Shown piece after piece: positions 26,445 through 37,690 of a stretch of 64,000 nt of DNA. The notes beneath the pieces are model-generated. The model was not told the DNA's origin. It saw nothing but the letters and a program-made list of their open reading frames with translations, and did not search any database. Origin of the DNA: Marsupella aquatica (taxonomy: Eukaryota; Plantae; Marchantiophyta). The first letter of the stretch is position 1. Each line of letters opens with the position of its first letter. The stretch is taken from NCBI GenBank assembly GCA_973895155.1, contig OZ316892.1, forward strand, positions 27,490,307-27,554,306. Reading direction: 5' to 3'. The translations under genes and the position numbers were made by a program.

Positions 26445-27080
26445 TGAAAATAAGGTAAAAAGAGACCCCTCTCACAATCTCTTTTGGGGCACAACACCCT
26501 TTAGAAGCATTTTTTGGGGATGCGGATCCTAATTGGGAGCAGTAACACCCCATGCCTATGAAATCCACAGAGGGCTTCGCCTGTGCAACCAAAGAGCATG
26601 AAAATAGGGTGAATGGAGACCCCTCTAACACTCTCTTGGGGGCACAACACCCCATTGAAGTTGTTTTAGGGGCCTTAATTGGGGGTGCAAACGCCCCATG
26701 CACAAAATATGGTAAATGGAGACGGTTTTCCCAATCATTTGGGGGCCTTTTGTAGGGTGGGGACCCAATTGGGGGTGCAAATACCCCATGCCCATGAAAC
26801 CACCGGCATCTAGTTGAGGGAGAGCATGAAAATAAAGTAGAGTGCTCTCACAATCACTGTGGGCACAAAATCCAAAAGGTACCTTTTCTAACAGGGTGTG
26901 GTATTCCCATCATTGGGGGTGCCCCATGCCCATGAAACCACCTGCATCTAGTTGAGGGAGAGCATGAAAATAAAGTAGAGTGCTCTCACAATCTCTTGTG
27001 GGCACAAAATCCAAAAGGTACCTTTTCTAACAGGTTGTGGTGGTCCCCATCATTGGGGGTGCAAACACCCCATGCCCATT
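26445..27080. repeat. Degenerate tandem repeat, ~110-170 bp units x ~5
   Basis: Recurrent gagcatgaaaata..gt, gggcacaa and ttgggggtgcaaa.accccatgcccat. 26785-26925 and 26923-27080 are near identical. Confidence 0.85.
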
Positions 27081-27228
27081 AAAAGGTAGGCCCACTCCCC
27101 TTCTTGAATGGGTAGAGTGGAAATATGCTTCGAGCTGAAGGCGAAGATGGAGGATTTGCAATGCTCATCGTGCACAGCCCAACTGAGATAACAGAATAAT
27201 GCATGCATGTCGATCCGCAATGTAGCTC

Positions 27229-27675
27229 GAGAATGAATGGAGCAGCCGAAAGTTCTCTCACAAAGAATAAATGAACGAGTAGCTTTGAAGTCCACGCGGA
27301 CCCACCATGCCAACAAGGGACAAAATGTGACAAATATCCACGAGGGATGCGAGCCAACCATGCGCACAGGAGAAGCTCGATTCACAGCTTGGAGTATGCG
27401 AGAAAAACAAGCTCAAGCCAGTTCTGCATTCATTGGGATTTCAGCACTAGGATGGAGACTTCGACGGTGTCAATACTTTCCTCACTGAGAACAAATGTGC
27501 GAGATACTTTCAAGGCCACGAAACGAAGCTCATTCTAATTCCGTCATCATTGGGAGAGATTTTGGATCGAGAGATTGAAGCAGCCAAACACTTACTCACA
27601 GAGAATTAAATGATTGAGATACTTTCAAGTACACGGGGACCCACCATGCGAACAAGGGACAAAATGTAACAATTG
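27229..27675. repeat. Diverged direct repeat (~100 bp, period ~340 bp) downstream of TAR
   Basis: aagt.cacg.ggacccaccatgc.aacaagggacaaaatgt.acaa at ~27288 and ~27627. Confidence 0.7.
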
Positions 27676-27988
27676 CACTCTCGCAAGATTGACAAAGTGT
27701 GATCTGTGATGCGGTCGTTTCGTTGCATCCCCAGAAAGATTGCCAGTTCCGACATGTTGAAAGAGATTGAGACTTCGGCTAGATATGGTGAATGCGCTGT
27801 TCATGGAGCGCTGTTTATTGTGCAAAACGTTTGATGTGCGAGACTCGATGAATGTTTTCTCCGCTAATTTTCCGTAGAGATGTCGACGCATCTCCTTAGT
27901 ATTATTGAGTGTCTCTGCAAAGATCTGTGTCTAAACACCGGAACAAAACTGGACTAACAATGGAGGGGAACAGCGGCCATTCTCCTAA

Positions 27989-29530
27989 TTATCCTCTCTC
28001 CAATGCTTCTAATCGATTGATCAAAATTTCGAAGGTACTTCGCCTGTCAACCATGCTGATTCGCACGAACGAGGGCTCAGCTCCGAAGTAAATGCCGCCC
28101 CGCGCCCGAATTCCGTGAAGTCTCAGAAATTTCTCGCAATCCTCTTCCTCATTGCATCGAAGCCACGCAAATGCTGGAGTTGTACTACGCATCTGCTTGA
28201 AGAAAGTACAATATCCTGAGTCGAATTCGGTTGATAAGCTAAACCGCACGCCTGATTCCAACGCAGACACGAGTCTTCGCCACCTGTATGCCATCTCCGA
28301 CGCCCCGAAATGAAACAATCCTTGCTTCTCCGCATGCACCTCCAGAGCTTCCGACATTGTCCTCTCGTCGTCAACTATGCTGTCATCTCCGTGCCCCTTG
28401 TAAGCCTTCGTGACGGATCTCAAAATCTGAGTAACCCGAATTTGAGCATCCTTCGACACCCCGATCGAGTTCAGCTCAATGAATTTGGCCATCTTCTGCG
28501 CCACCGCCAAGTCCTTCACTATGGCCCATCCGATTCTGGTTCCAGCATGCCCGGTATTCTTCGAAACGGTGAAGAGCATCAGGTCATCGTCGGCAGGAGC
28601 TACGATGGGCACGTAGTGTGGCCAGTAATACGCAAGATCATGGACGAGAGCACCGCCGGTCCCGTTCACAACAGCGTGTCGAATTTCACCTGTCGGATTG
28701 CTTGGTGTGGTGACCAGCTCGATGTACTCATCTTCTTCCGCCGTCTGCTCGAACTTGGCAGCATCGCCGGCCCACCTGTATAGCCCAGACCGCAGGTAAT
28801 CTGCTTGCATCGGGTACGCTGAGTAATAGGGAGCCAAGGAGACGACACTCGTGGGTGTAGAGCGGCTCGGAGATGCAAGAGCGTACAATGCAGCTTGAAG
28901 CAGTTGTGTCGATCCCACACCGATGATTATATGCCGACCTTCGGTGACAGCATTCCCGACGACGTCATGCAACCTCCGGATCACCTGATCGAGCTGGGTC
29001 TGCACGAAGAAGAACTGCTTACTATTGGCGTAGTAGCTCAGCTGCTGCCACCCGAGAATTTCCGTCGTAGAGGAGTCTCCGTTGTGCAGCCAATACTTCT
29101 CGAACATGGTCGGATCGCCTTGAAAAACGTCGACAACGCAGCCGGTATCGCTCGAGGAGCAATCTCTGCCAGTGAAGCATGCGTGACATCGACAATCGCC
29201 GAGTCCAGTTTCGTAATCCAATTCGAAAATGCCGTGCCCTGAGCACGGGTCACTCGCTCCAAGCGGCGACGGCGGCGGCGCTGCAGTGATAACTGGAGAG
29301 ATTGCGCTCTTCATACGTTCCACAGAAACGTTGAAGCTCAAGCCTTCCGCAGCTCTAGTGCTCGACGACCATCCCCGGTACCCGACCGCAATAACAAGCA
29401 GGAGAACGCTCACCGCCGCAGACGATATCCAGCGATCTTGCGACGACACTGTCTTACTCGGAACCAAAGGAGCCGCCGCTGAACCTCCATTTCCGTTCAA
29501 TTGCTTCCCATCAGCGCTCAGCACCCCCAT
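27989..29530 (-). CDS. TAR: Tryptophan aminotransferase, TAA1/TAR family (PLP-dependent, alliinase superfamily), intronless, 513 aa, with N-terminal TM segment and EGF-like domain
   Basis: Uninterrupted ORF. Hydrophobic WISSAAVSVLLLVIAVGY, then EGF-like CSGHG...CRCHACFTGRDCS...C. Catalytic-domain motifs GDPTMFEKYW, LHDVVGNA, GVGSTQLLQAALYAL, APYYSAY, IELVTTPSNPTG, HDLAYYWPHY, PLP-lysine motif FTVSKNTGHAGTRIGWA, IELNSIGVSKDAQ, PAFAWL and VRISMV. Confidence 0.96.
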   Translation of the reverse strand: MGVLSADGKQLNGNGGSAAAPLVPSKTVSSQDRWISSAAVSVLLLVIAVGYRGWSSSTRAAEGLSFNVSVERMKSAISPVITAAPPPSPLGASDPCSGHGIFELDYETGLGDCRCHACFTGRDCSSSDTGCVVDVFQGDPTMFEKYWLHNGDSSTTEILGWQQLSYYANSKQFFFVQTQLDQVIRRLHDVVGNAVTEGRHIIIGVGSTQLLQAALYALASPSRSTPTSVVSLAPYYSAYPMQADYLRSGLYRWAGDAAKFEQTAEEDEYIELVTTPSNPTGEIRHAVVNGTGGALVHDLAYYWPHYVPIVAPADDDLMLFTVSKNTGHAGTRIGWAIVKDLAVAQKMAKFIELNSIGVSKDAQIRVTQILRSVTKAYKGHGDDSIVDDERTMSEALEVHAEKQGLFHFGASEMAYRWRRLVSALESGVRFSLSTEFDSGYCTFFKQMRSTTPAFAWLRCNEEEDCEKFLRLHGIRARGGIYFGAEPSFVRISMVDRRSTFEILINRLEALERG

Positions 29531-31475
29531 TTTGACTGAAAGGGAGTTCGTCGCTACCTAACTTGGTCAATGTGCGATTGACCCCCCCAACTCCAGCAAG
29601 CTACAGCTCAATTCCTCAATTCCACATACGAAAGCTTGCTCCAACTGTCGCACGACAATTTCCCTCGGGGAGCTACCACCCGATTCGGACCACAGTTCCT
29701 CAATTCTTGCCGCTCCAGCTGAGGACCTTGCTCGAACTTTAACGAGATCCCCGACCCACTGTAGACTTATATTGACAAGCTACGCATAGGCAGGACGAGC
29801 TGGAGTCTGGCCCTGGCAGAGAATGTGTTGGAGCTCACTGTCTCATGAGAGAATGAGCATTATTTCTCTGCCACAGGCGGCAGCAGAGAGAATGTATTGG
29901 GCTCTTCGAGAAAACTACATACACTAAAAAAGATCGTAGGAGAAAGAATGTAGGCGATTCGGCGGCCTTTGGCCCATGAAGAATGATGAAAGAGAGCACC
30001 AGAGTCCAGAGGGTAGAGGATGGAGCTTAGGCCTTAATAGGGCCTGTCTAGCGACAGTAATGAGTGCTGTAGTAGTAGTGGAAGCATGGAGCATTTCTCT
30101 GCCATTGGCAGAAGAGAAGCCATATCTATTTAATAATAAGCCCTTGCAGACTATATACAGACCTCATTAGGAGGTTGCCCCATGCACCTGCCCAGAATCA
30201 TTGTATGGGCAAGACCAGGTTGGCAGAGCACCAAACTTCCCATTTCATACCAAGAGTATTTTACCATGGTTATCCGGCATTTTTGTGTTGTGCACGGACA
30301 TTATCCGACCTAGGCAGTGCAACATTGTCGGACCAATGATAATGTGGCCGCAACTAGGTAGTGCAACGCATGGGCATTAGGCTATCCAACACATCACCTC
30401 ACATTTGTATTTAAATATTTTATGCATTATTTACATCTTCATTGAGGTGATTGACTTCAACTCTTTGTTTATTTTTGGCACACCTGATAACATGGCAACA
30501 ACAATAACGTGGTTGCAACAACAATCGTGCAGTGCACAAGCTTTAAGCTATGTACATAAGAAATCCTTGCAGACTATGTACAGATCTTAGGAGGTTGCCC
30601 CATGCACCTGCCCAGAATCATTGTATGGGCAAGACCAGGTTGGCAGAGCACTAAACTTTCCATTTCATACCAAGAGTATTTTACCATGGTTATCCGACAT
30701 TTTTGTGTCATGCACGGACCGAGGCACGGACATTATCGGACCAATGATAACATGGCCGCAACTAGGCAGTGCAACATTGTCGGACCAATGATAATATGGC
30801 TGCAACTAGGTAGTGCAACGCATGGGCATTACACTATCCAACACATCACCTCAGATTTGTATTTAAATATTTTATGAATTATGTCTCCATCGAGGTGATT
30901 GACTTCTATTCTTTGTTTATTTTTGGCACACCCAATAAGTAACATGGCAACAACAATAACCTGGTTGCAACAACAGTCACGCAATGCACAAGCTTTAAGC
31001 CATGTACATAAGAAAACCTTGCAGACTATGTACAGATCTTAGGAGGTTGCCCCATGCACCTGCCCAGAATCATTGTATGGGCAAGTCCAGGTTGAGCACC
31101 AAACTTCCCATTTCATACCAAAGAGATTTACCCTGGTTATCTGACATTTTTGTGTAGTGCACGAACATTGTCGGATCAATGATAACATGGCCACAACTAG
31201 GTAGTGCAACATTGCCGGACCAATAATAATATGGCTGCAACTAGGTAGTGCAACATTGTCGGACCAATGATAATATGGCCGCAACTAGGTAGTGCAACAC
31301 ATGGGCAGTACAGGCTATCCAACACATCACCTCACATTTGTATTTAAATATTTTATGCATTATTTACATCTTCATTGAGGTGATTGACTTCTACTCTTTG
31401 TTTAATTTTGGCACACCCGATAACATGGCAACAATGATAACGTGTGGTTGCAAAGACAATTGTGCAATGCACGAG

Positions 31476-31588
31476 TTTTGTTTGTTTTTAATTAAGGAGA
31501 AATCTGTGAAACCCCACAAAAAGGGAATAGTCAGAGAGGCATGTTTGTGTGGTAGCTCACTTGAGTGGAGACTAATAGGTCTTGGGTC
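31476..31588 (-). mobile_element. Short retro-insertion (SINE or truncated LINE) with ~11 bp target-site duplication
   Basis: 113 bp not present in the other repeat units. It starts with ttttgtttgttttt (A-rich tail on the minus strand) and is flanked by caatgcacgag (31465-31475) and caatgcacaag (31589-31599). Confidence 0.6.
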
Positions 31589-32122
31589 CAATGCACAAGC
31601 TTTACGCTATGTAAGTAAGAAACCCTTGCAGACTATATGCAGATCTTAGGAGATTGCCCCATGCACCTTAGAGTCAGGGCGGGAGTCAGGGTAAAGAGTC
31701 TTCACTCTAGACAATAGCCCTAAAAATTAGTTTTCCATTCCGCTTTGTTTGTTCAATATTTCTATTGAGATAATTGATTTGTACTATTTATCTAGTTTTT
31801 GTACACTAAACCTGAGCACCCCAATAGGATGGTCCCAACTATAGTATAGTTGCAACGACAAAATAATGTACAACACACAAGCACTGGGCTATGTATTTAA
31901 TAAAGCCTTGCAGACTATATATAGATTGTAGGAGGGCGCCCCATGCATCTGCGTAGAATCATTCGCCGGGCTGGTCCAGGTTACTTAACAAAACACCAAA
32001 CTTCCTGTTTCATATCAAGAGTATTCAGATTGTTTTCTAAGATTTTCTGTTGTGCACAGATATTGTTGGACCAATGACAACATGGTTAAATTATGTAGTG
32101 CAACACACAGGCATTAGGCTAT

Positions 32123-32371
32123 TTTTTTTCAAGAAGGGTGCAAGGCCAAAAATCCACATGAGGGGGCAAAAACCACCCAAGCAAAGACAAAGAGGCCCAA
32201 CGCCAAGGGCCAAGCGGCCAACAAAAAAACACACTAGTCATACCACTCAACCCTAAAGAGCCATGTCATAATGGCCCCCAAAGCAAACCAATCTGGTTCC
32301 ATAGTGTTCCTCTTTAGTCTATCCTGCCACCTGCTGTTCTGCTGCCTACTGAGACTATCTAAGATTGTCAG
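32123..32371 (-). mobile_element. 5'-truncated LINE 3' end with poly(A) tail and 17 bp TSD
   Basis: Flanked by the exact repeat cacaggcattaggctat (32106-32122 and 32372-32388), with a T-run at the left edge. The minus strand reads an open frame (LTILDSLSRQQNSRWQDRLKR...VEWYD*), then a G/T-rich 3' UTR and an A tail. Confidence 0.8.
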
Positions 32372-32739
32372 CACAGGCATTAGGCTATCCAACACATGGC
32401 CTCACATTCGTATATATTTAAGTGTTTTACATAAGATGTTGTTATTGAGGTGATTTGACTTCTATTCTTTGTCTATTTTATGCAAACCCGATAACATACA
32501 ATCATGGTGGCAACAATAGCATGGTTGCAACAACAATCGTGCAATGCATGGCCATTATTTAGGCTATGTATTTATACAAATCATTGCAGACAATATACAT
32601 ATCATAGGAGGCATGCATATGGGGAGAATCATTGCTTGGGCTATGGTAGTCCAGGTTAGCATAGCACCAAACTTCCCACCTTCATTCCAAAAGTCCTCAC
32701 TTGGGTTTGCCAACCTGCCCACTTGAAAAATGTGTAGGG

Positions 32740-33300
32740 CTTATACAATGGAGCTGACCAAAAGGGTTATAACAGCAAGTCTCAAACCTCCCAACTGGTG
32801 TCAACCTTAACCACTAGGTTAAGGTTATGAACAGTCACAAAAAAATTTCAGAATCATTAACTTTTTGCTGTAAAGAATGATCATATCCCATAACCAAATG
32901 CTACTGCACAAGCTAGTGAAAAAAACTAAAGTAATCTTTTACAAAACCTTGTGGGAAAAGTGACAGCCATTTATCTATGGCCAAATGCCATCACTTGCAA
33001 CAATGAAGCTTTGAGATGCCCTATTAGAGCATTTCCACCAGTGCTCCTTTTCACCCACTAAAACGCAGGGTGAACCTGATGGAGAAAACAACTGGCAATT
33101 TTCCTCCCCACCAGTAACCATATCTCCATACATTTAGATCAAGTCAGACATTTCAAATCGACAATGTGAACCACCAACTTTAGCAAAAAAGGCAGTCTCC
33201 AACCTAGCCCGTTAATATTCAGACCAGCCTCCATTCTCATCAGTGGTAGAAGCAAATTAATGTAATGTCCATTTGTAAAGTACATTTCAACTTACACATA
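32740..33300 (-). mobile_element. Possible hAT transposase relic
   Basis: Minus-strand fragments IVASDGIW and VHNLNLVVK resemble hAT (S/T)DGW and C..H.LNL..K motifs. Very degenerate. Confidence 0.3.
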
Positions 33301-35379
33301 ATTTGTGGGAATTAATCTGTGGACCCCCCATGTTCATCAAAGGAATGTGTGTGTGATGAAATGAAATTAATTTTCAGCAAGGTGGTAACCAATGGTTTTG
33401 AGTCTCCCGGTGGTCTTGGTGTGTGCTTGTACGAAAGAGAACGCTTGAAAGATAGAGGAGATCAATCTGGTTGAGATGATCTCTTTGGTTTATCATATGG
33501 AAGGTTGAATGTGGAGGAATTGAGTATTTTGAAATTTTTGCTTACACATTGGAGAAATCATGTTTCAACCAATCCTGATTAATTATTTGTGAGTTACGTT
33601 GAGCATTACTATCACAAGACAGACCGGAGGACAACACTCAATTGTTGCCAAAAGAGAGCTTGTCATTTCGGTGGGAAGAACGCGCAAAAGAGACAAGCCA
33701 TCACTTCACATGAAGGTTTTGTAGCTTTTTTATTTAAGAAAGCTATGGTGTGAGGGGGAGACCAGTGATTTAATTGTTTCTTCAAAATAGAGGCTGCAAT
33801 TGGCATCAACCTGTGTTTAGAGACTTGAGCTTCAATTGAAGTTTGGAGGGACGCAAACAATTCAAGCCAGGAAGCAAGCGTTGCGGACAAGCGATGGCGA
33901 CATAATCAATTTGCACCTGCTAAGTTTGTGACAGTGACAAGATTGTGACATCTCTTAATTGAGAAAGGGTTTTCAATGAGCTCCTCAGATTGACAAATTT
34001 TGTCAACTTCAAAATGAGTTTTTGAATTTCTCTGCTTTCCAATGAGTGTGACAATAAGAAATTTTGATCATGAGTTCATGAATTCTTTTAACTTTCTAAC
34101 ATTGAGTCCGACATTGACAAATTTCATGTCAAATTTTGTCACGGTACTAAAGAGATCATGAGGTTTCAATCTCTCTAGCTTTCTAATGTGTGACATTGAG
34201 AGTATTCAATCAAGATTAGAGAGATCATTAGTATCCAAATTTCTCTAGCTTTCCAATAAACCTAACATCGATAGATTTTGTCAAGTACTAAGGAGATGAT
34301 GAGTTTCTAATTTTACTCTAGCTTTCCAATGAGTGTGATATTGGGAGATTTTATAAAGTACTAAGGAGATTGATTATTTAATTTTACAATGCGGAGCCAA
34401 AGGGATTCTAACCATGTCCATTTCTATCGATTGGTTTTTTCAAACTTGCAAATAATTTAAAAATACAACCATTTTGATGTAAAACATTGAGATATCATTG
34501 ACAAACATAAGAATGGTAACTTTATTTTGCTAAATGACATCTCTTCCTTTGTATTCTGGTTCTCTTATGCTTAATATTTACGGCATGACGCCCCAAAAAT
34601 TACGTTGCTTTTGCCACAAACATGAATGTGTGTTTTGTTATTGTCAAAAATAGGATCTGTCTTGTTTGTGGCTGGGCTGATGTGATGCAACCTTGTGGTA
34701 GGGAATTTGCAAGGGACCTCTCATGGGGGTCCGTAATGAAGGACTGGTTAGTTTGGAGGCTTTTCAGTGAGGTTTGTGGACTACGGATAGCATTGGCGTG
34801 GCCTCAATGCCCATACATGCACCTCTATTTCTATTGTTGGTGGCATTTCACCATGATAGCAAATAGTAAACAGATTTACTAGTAGGTCCAATAAAAAATG
34901 TCTTGTTACTACTTTGATTGTTACCAACAACATTGACAATCCAAAACTGTGTCATAATTAGAAGTCTGATTTTACCTAATAATTAAAAACATCTCATTTT
35001 GTGCTAGCGCTAGTAATAAATGTTGGCTAGTAAACAAAAAATATGTTAAATGTTTTTCAACAAAATAATTACAATCAAATCAAAATATTTACCACCCATT
35101 TTGTTGTTACAAGTAACTATTTGCATTTACTGTTTGCTGTTTACTATGAAAGTGGTTATACCCTGGTTGGAGAGTTTCAGCTGGCGGGGTTTCAGCCCCA
35201 ATTTTAGCCACCAAAATGATGAGATCCTCATAATGGAAATGGAAACCCGAATGGAGATTCTTATACTGGAAACTTAAGCCCCATTATTTATAATGCAAAA
35301 ACTAATGTCCACCCATTCACAGGCCCATTCACTCTAGAGCTATCAGATTTTTGATCACGCAATGGGTTTTCTGGTTACT

Positions 35380-35381
<2 letters not shown>

Positions 35382-35443
<62 letters not shown>
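35382..35443. repeat. (AT)n microsatellite
   Basis: About 31 uninterrupted AT units. Confidence 0.98.
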
Positions 35444-35446
<3 letters not shown>

Positions 35447-37332
35447 TGGGAGACAACAAACTGCTATCCAGAGCAATGCCAAACCAGGCTGAGTTGACCC
35501 TCATTTAGGGTCAGGTTCAGGTGAGTTAGGTTAGTGACTTGGGCAACAAGGTACTAAATGTCCAAACGGAGGCTAAAACTGCCAAATGGTGTTTTGAAGG
35601 CAAATTGCCCTAAGCCACAGGTAATTCTGCAAAACAAAATAGTTTTATGTTGCAATGCAAGAGAATTGGAGAAACATGTACCTGGAGTATGTGCAGGTGG
35701 AGAAGGACCCTGATTGACGTTAGATCAAAGAGTGCTTAGTAGGATGCGCAATGTGCGGCCATAATGGGGAGATGGTAGGGAGGTTAGGTTTGTCAACTGA
35801 GGGGGGGGGGAGGGGATTCTGTCCCTAGGCTCTCACAACATCTAGACTAATGGAATCTAGCTATGACCAGACTATCTCCCTTGTTATTTGTCTCTATGCA
35901 TAAAAATTTCCCTCCATAGCTGTTATAATGATAGTAATCAATGAAACTAGTTCAAAATTAATTTAAATTACCTGGCGTGTTTGCATACTCTCCAAATTAC
36001 ATCAGCTGGGGGCTCAGGGTTTATGACTGCAAAGAGCTATTTCATGCAGCCAGGAGAACCAGCTTCAAGTTGCGTAGAAGTCTCCCAAGCCTCAAGCAAA
36101 GGGTTTAAAGTTTCAATGTAAAAAGAATGTGGGCAAGGGGAAGCAAAAGAGACGTGGTGACTACTCAATTGGTTCTGCAGATATCAAAGGGACTAATCAA
36201 CATCCATGACAATAATTCATGCAACCAAAAAATTTAAAGCATCATGGCAGGGAATGCAAAAGCGAATGCCACTCCCTCCTACCCCTTCCCAACAGGTACC
36301 AATTAACACCAGTTAGTTTTGGAGATACTGAGTGTGTTGTCATGCGCATATACATCGCTACACAAATACATCGCATACAGTCCCACATCCAAACATAAGC
36401 ACAAACAAACATAAGAGAATAGGCTACAAGTAGGACTCAGGTCCACACAAGTCCAAAACCCACTGAAATCGAACAGCGATTGACTCCAAGTGACAATACA
36501 ATATCAATCCCGCCCAATCCAATCACACACGTATGCGGCCACGTATGTCAAGCCCAATGCACCTTGCACTCAGGAATCGACGTTACATAGAAGGAGCTCT
36601 CAGCCACCATAGCCCGGGCCATAGCCAAATCCGCTCTCCTCTCCAAGGCTCAACAACGAAAGATAACCTTTTGACTCCTCACAATGGGAGAACTACTCTC
36701 CACACAAACCCAAACGTACTGAACCGACAGCACACATACAAAACGCACAAACCTAGATAACACGATGTACTACAATGCCACCAAGAATTGTGTGACAGTG
36801 TCAATCCAAGGAGTCTGGACACTCCAACAGTAGACTTTTCTGGTTGACAATGTTGGGGAGATGCATGGAGGGGAGGAAGACAAGACCAAGTATTCGAGGT
36901 GAATTCTTCATCAACACATCCCTCAGTCTGTTGGCGACTTATGGACATTACCATCCGAACCTGCAACTGACATGAAGTGAAGAAGTAGGTGGAATTGATG
37001 GCACTACAAGCGCGACTACATTCAGGGATCATCAAAAAACAACATTCATTCTTCCTCAACTTTGCGAAATAGCTCAATGTTGCCACTCCTATTTAATGAG
37101 CTCTCTGATCCAATGTTGGTGTTGCCCATTGCAGCCTCCAGGTCCAGGTTCTCCATATCCATCCCAGTACCTATAGATGTAAACTGGGGCCAAATCAGGC
37201 AGGGCCTCGGGCAATACCCACTGTCTTTTTTGTTGTCTTATAATCAAATAAGAGACAGAGCAAGGATTTTCAGGTCTGCTTGAAAGAACAAGAACTGCAT
37301 ATTCTTGCTATTATTTAATTAATCCAAACAGG

Positions 37333-37690
37333 ACATGGGTTGAAGATTGTAGCAAAGGCTTAGTGTAGGCAACAGCAATGGCAGCAGGGCAATGGTGTAC
37401 TAGGGCTATGGCAGGACAGCTCATGGTTGAAGATTGCAGCAAAGGCTCAGTGTAGGCAACAACTTCATGGCAGCCACAATGGGGACACACCAATGATGTA
37501 GGGCTATGGCACTCCAAATTGTGATGGTATGATAACGGCCATTTTATCAAATCCATTGATACAACATCCACTAAGAGTTATCAACAGAAGAGGGCTATGG
37601 CACTCCAAATTGTGATGGTATGCCAATTGCCATTTTATCAAATATATCCATTGGTACAACATCCGCTAAGAGAGTAATCAACAAAAGAGC
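37333..37690. repeat. Two adjacent tandem duplications (~90 bp period each)
   Basis: catgg.ttgaagattg.agcaaaggct.agtgtaggcaac occurs twice, and agggctatggcactccaaattgtgatggtatg...ccattttatcaaat...acaacatcc.ctaagag occurs twice. Confidence 0.8.

Larger units (their letters stand above)
30140..32700. repeat. Tandem array of a ~420-480 bp unit (about 3 intact plus 3 degenerate copies) with an internal ~41 bp sub-repeat
   Basis: cttgcagactat.tacagatcttaggaggttgccccatgcacctgcccagaatcattgtatgggcaag recurs near 30142, 30567, 31018, 31625, 31907 and 32584. The sub-unit tgtcggaccaatgataatatggccgcaactaggtagtgcaaca is present in 1-3 copies per unit. Confidence 0.93.

Noticed and set aside
28123-29561. 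Several overlapping ORFs within TAR
   Set aside because: Alternative-frame or antisense shadows of the real CDS.
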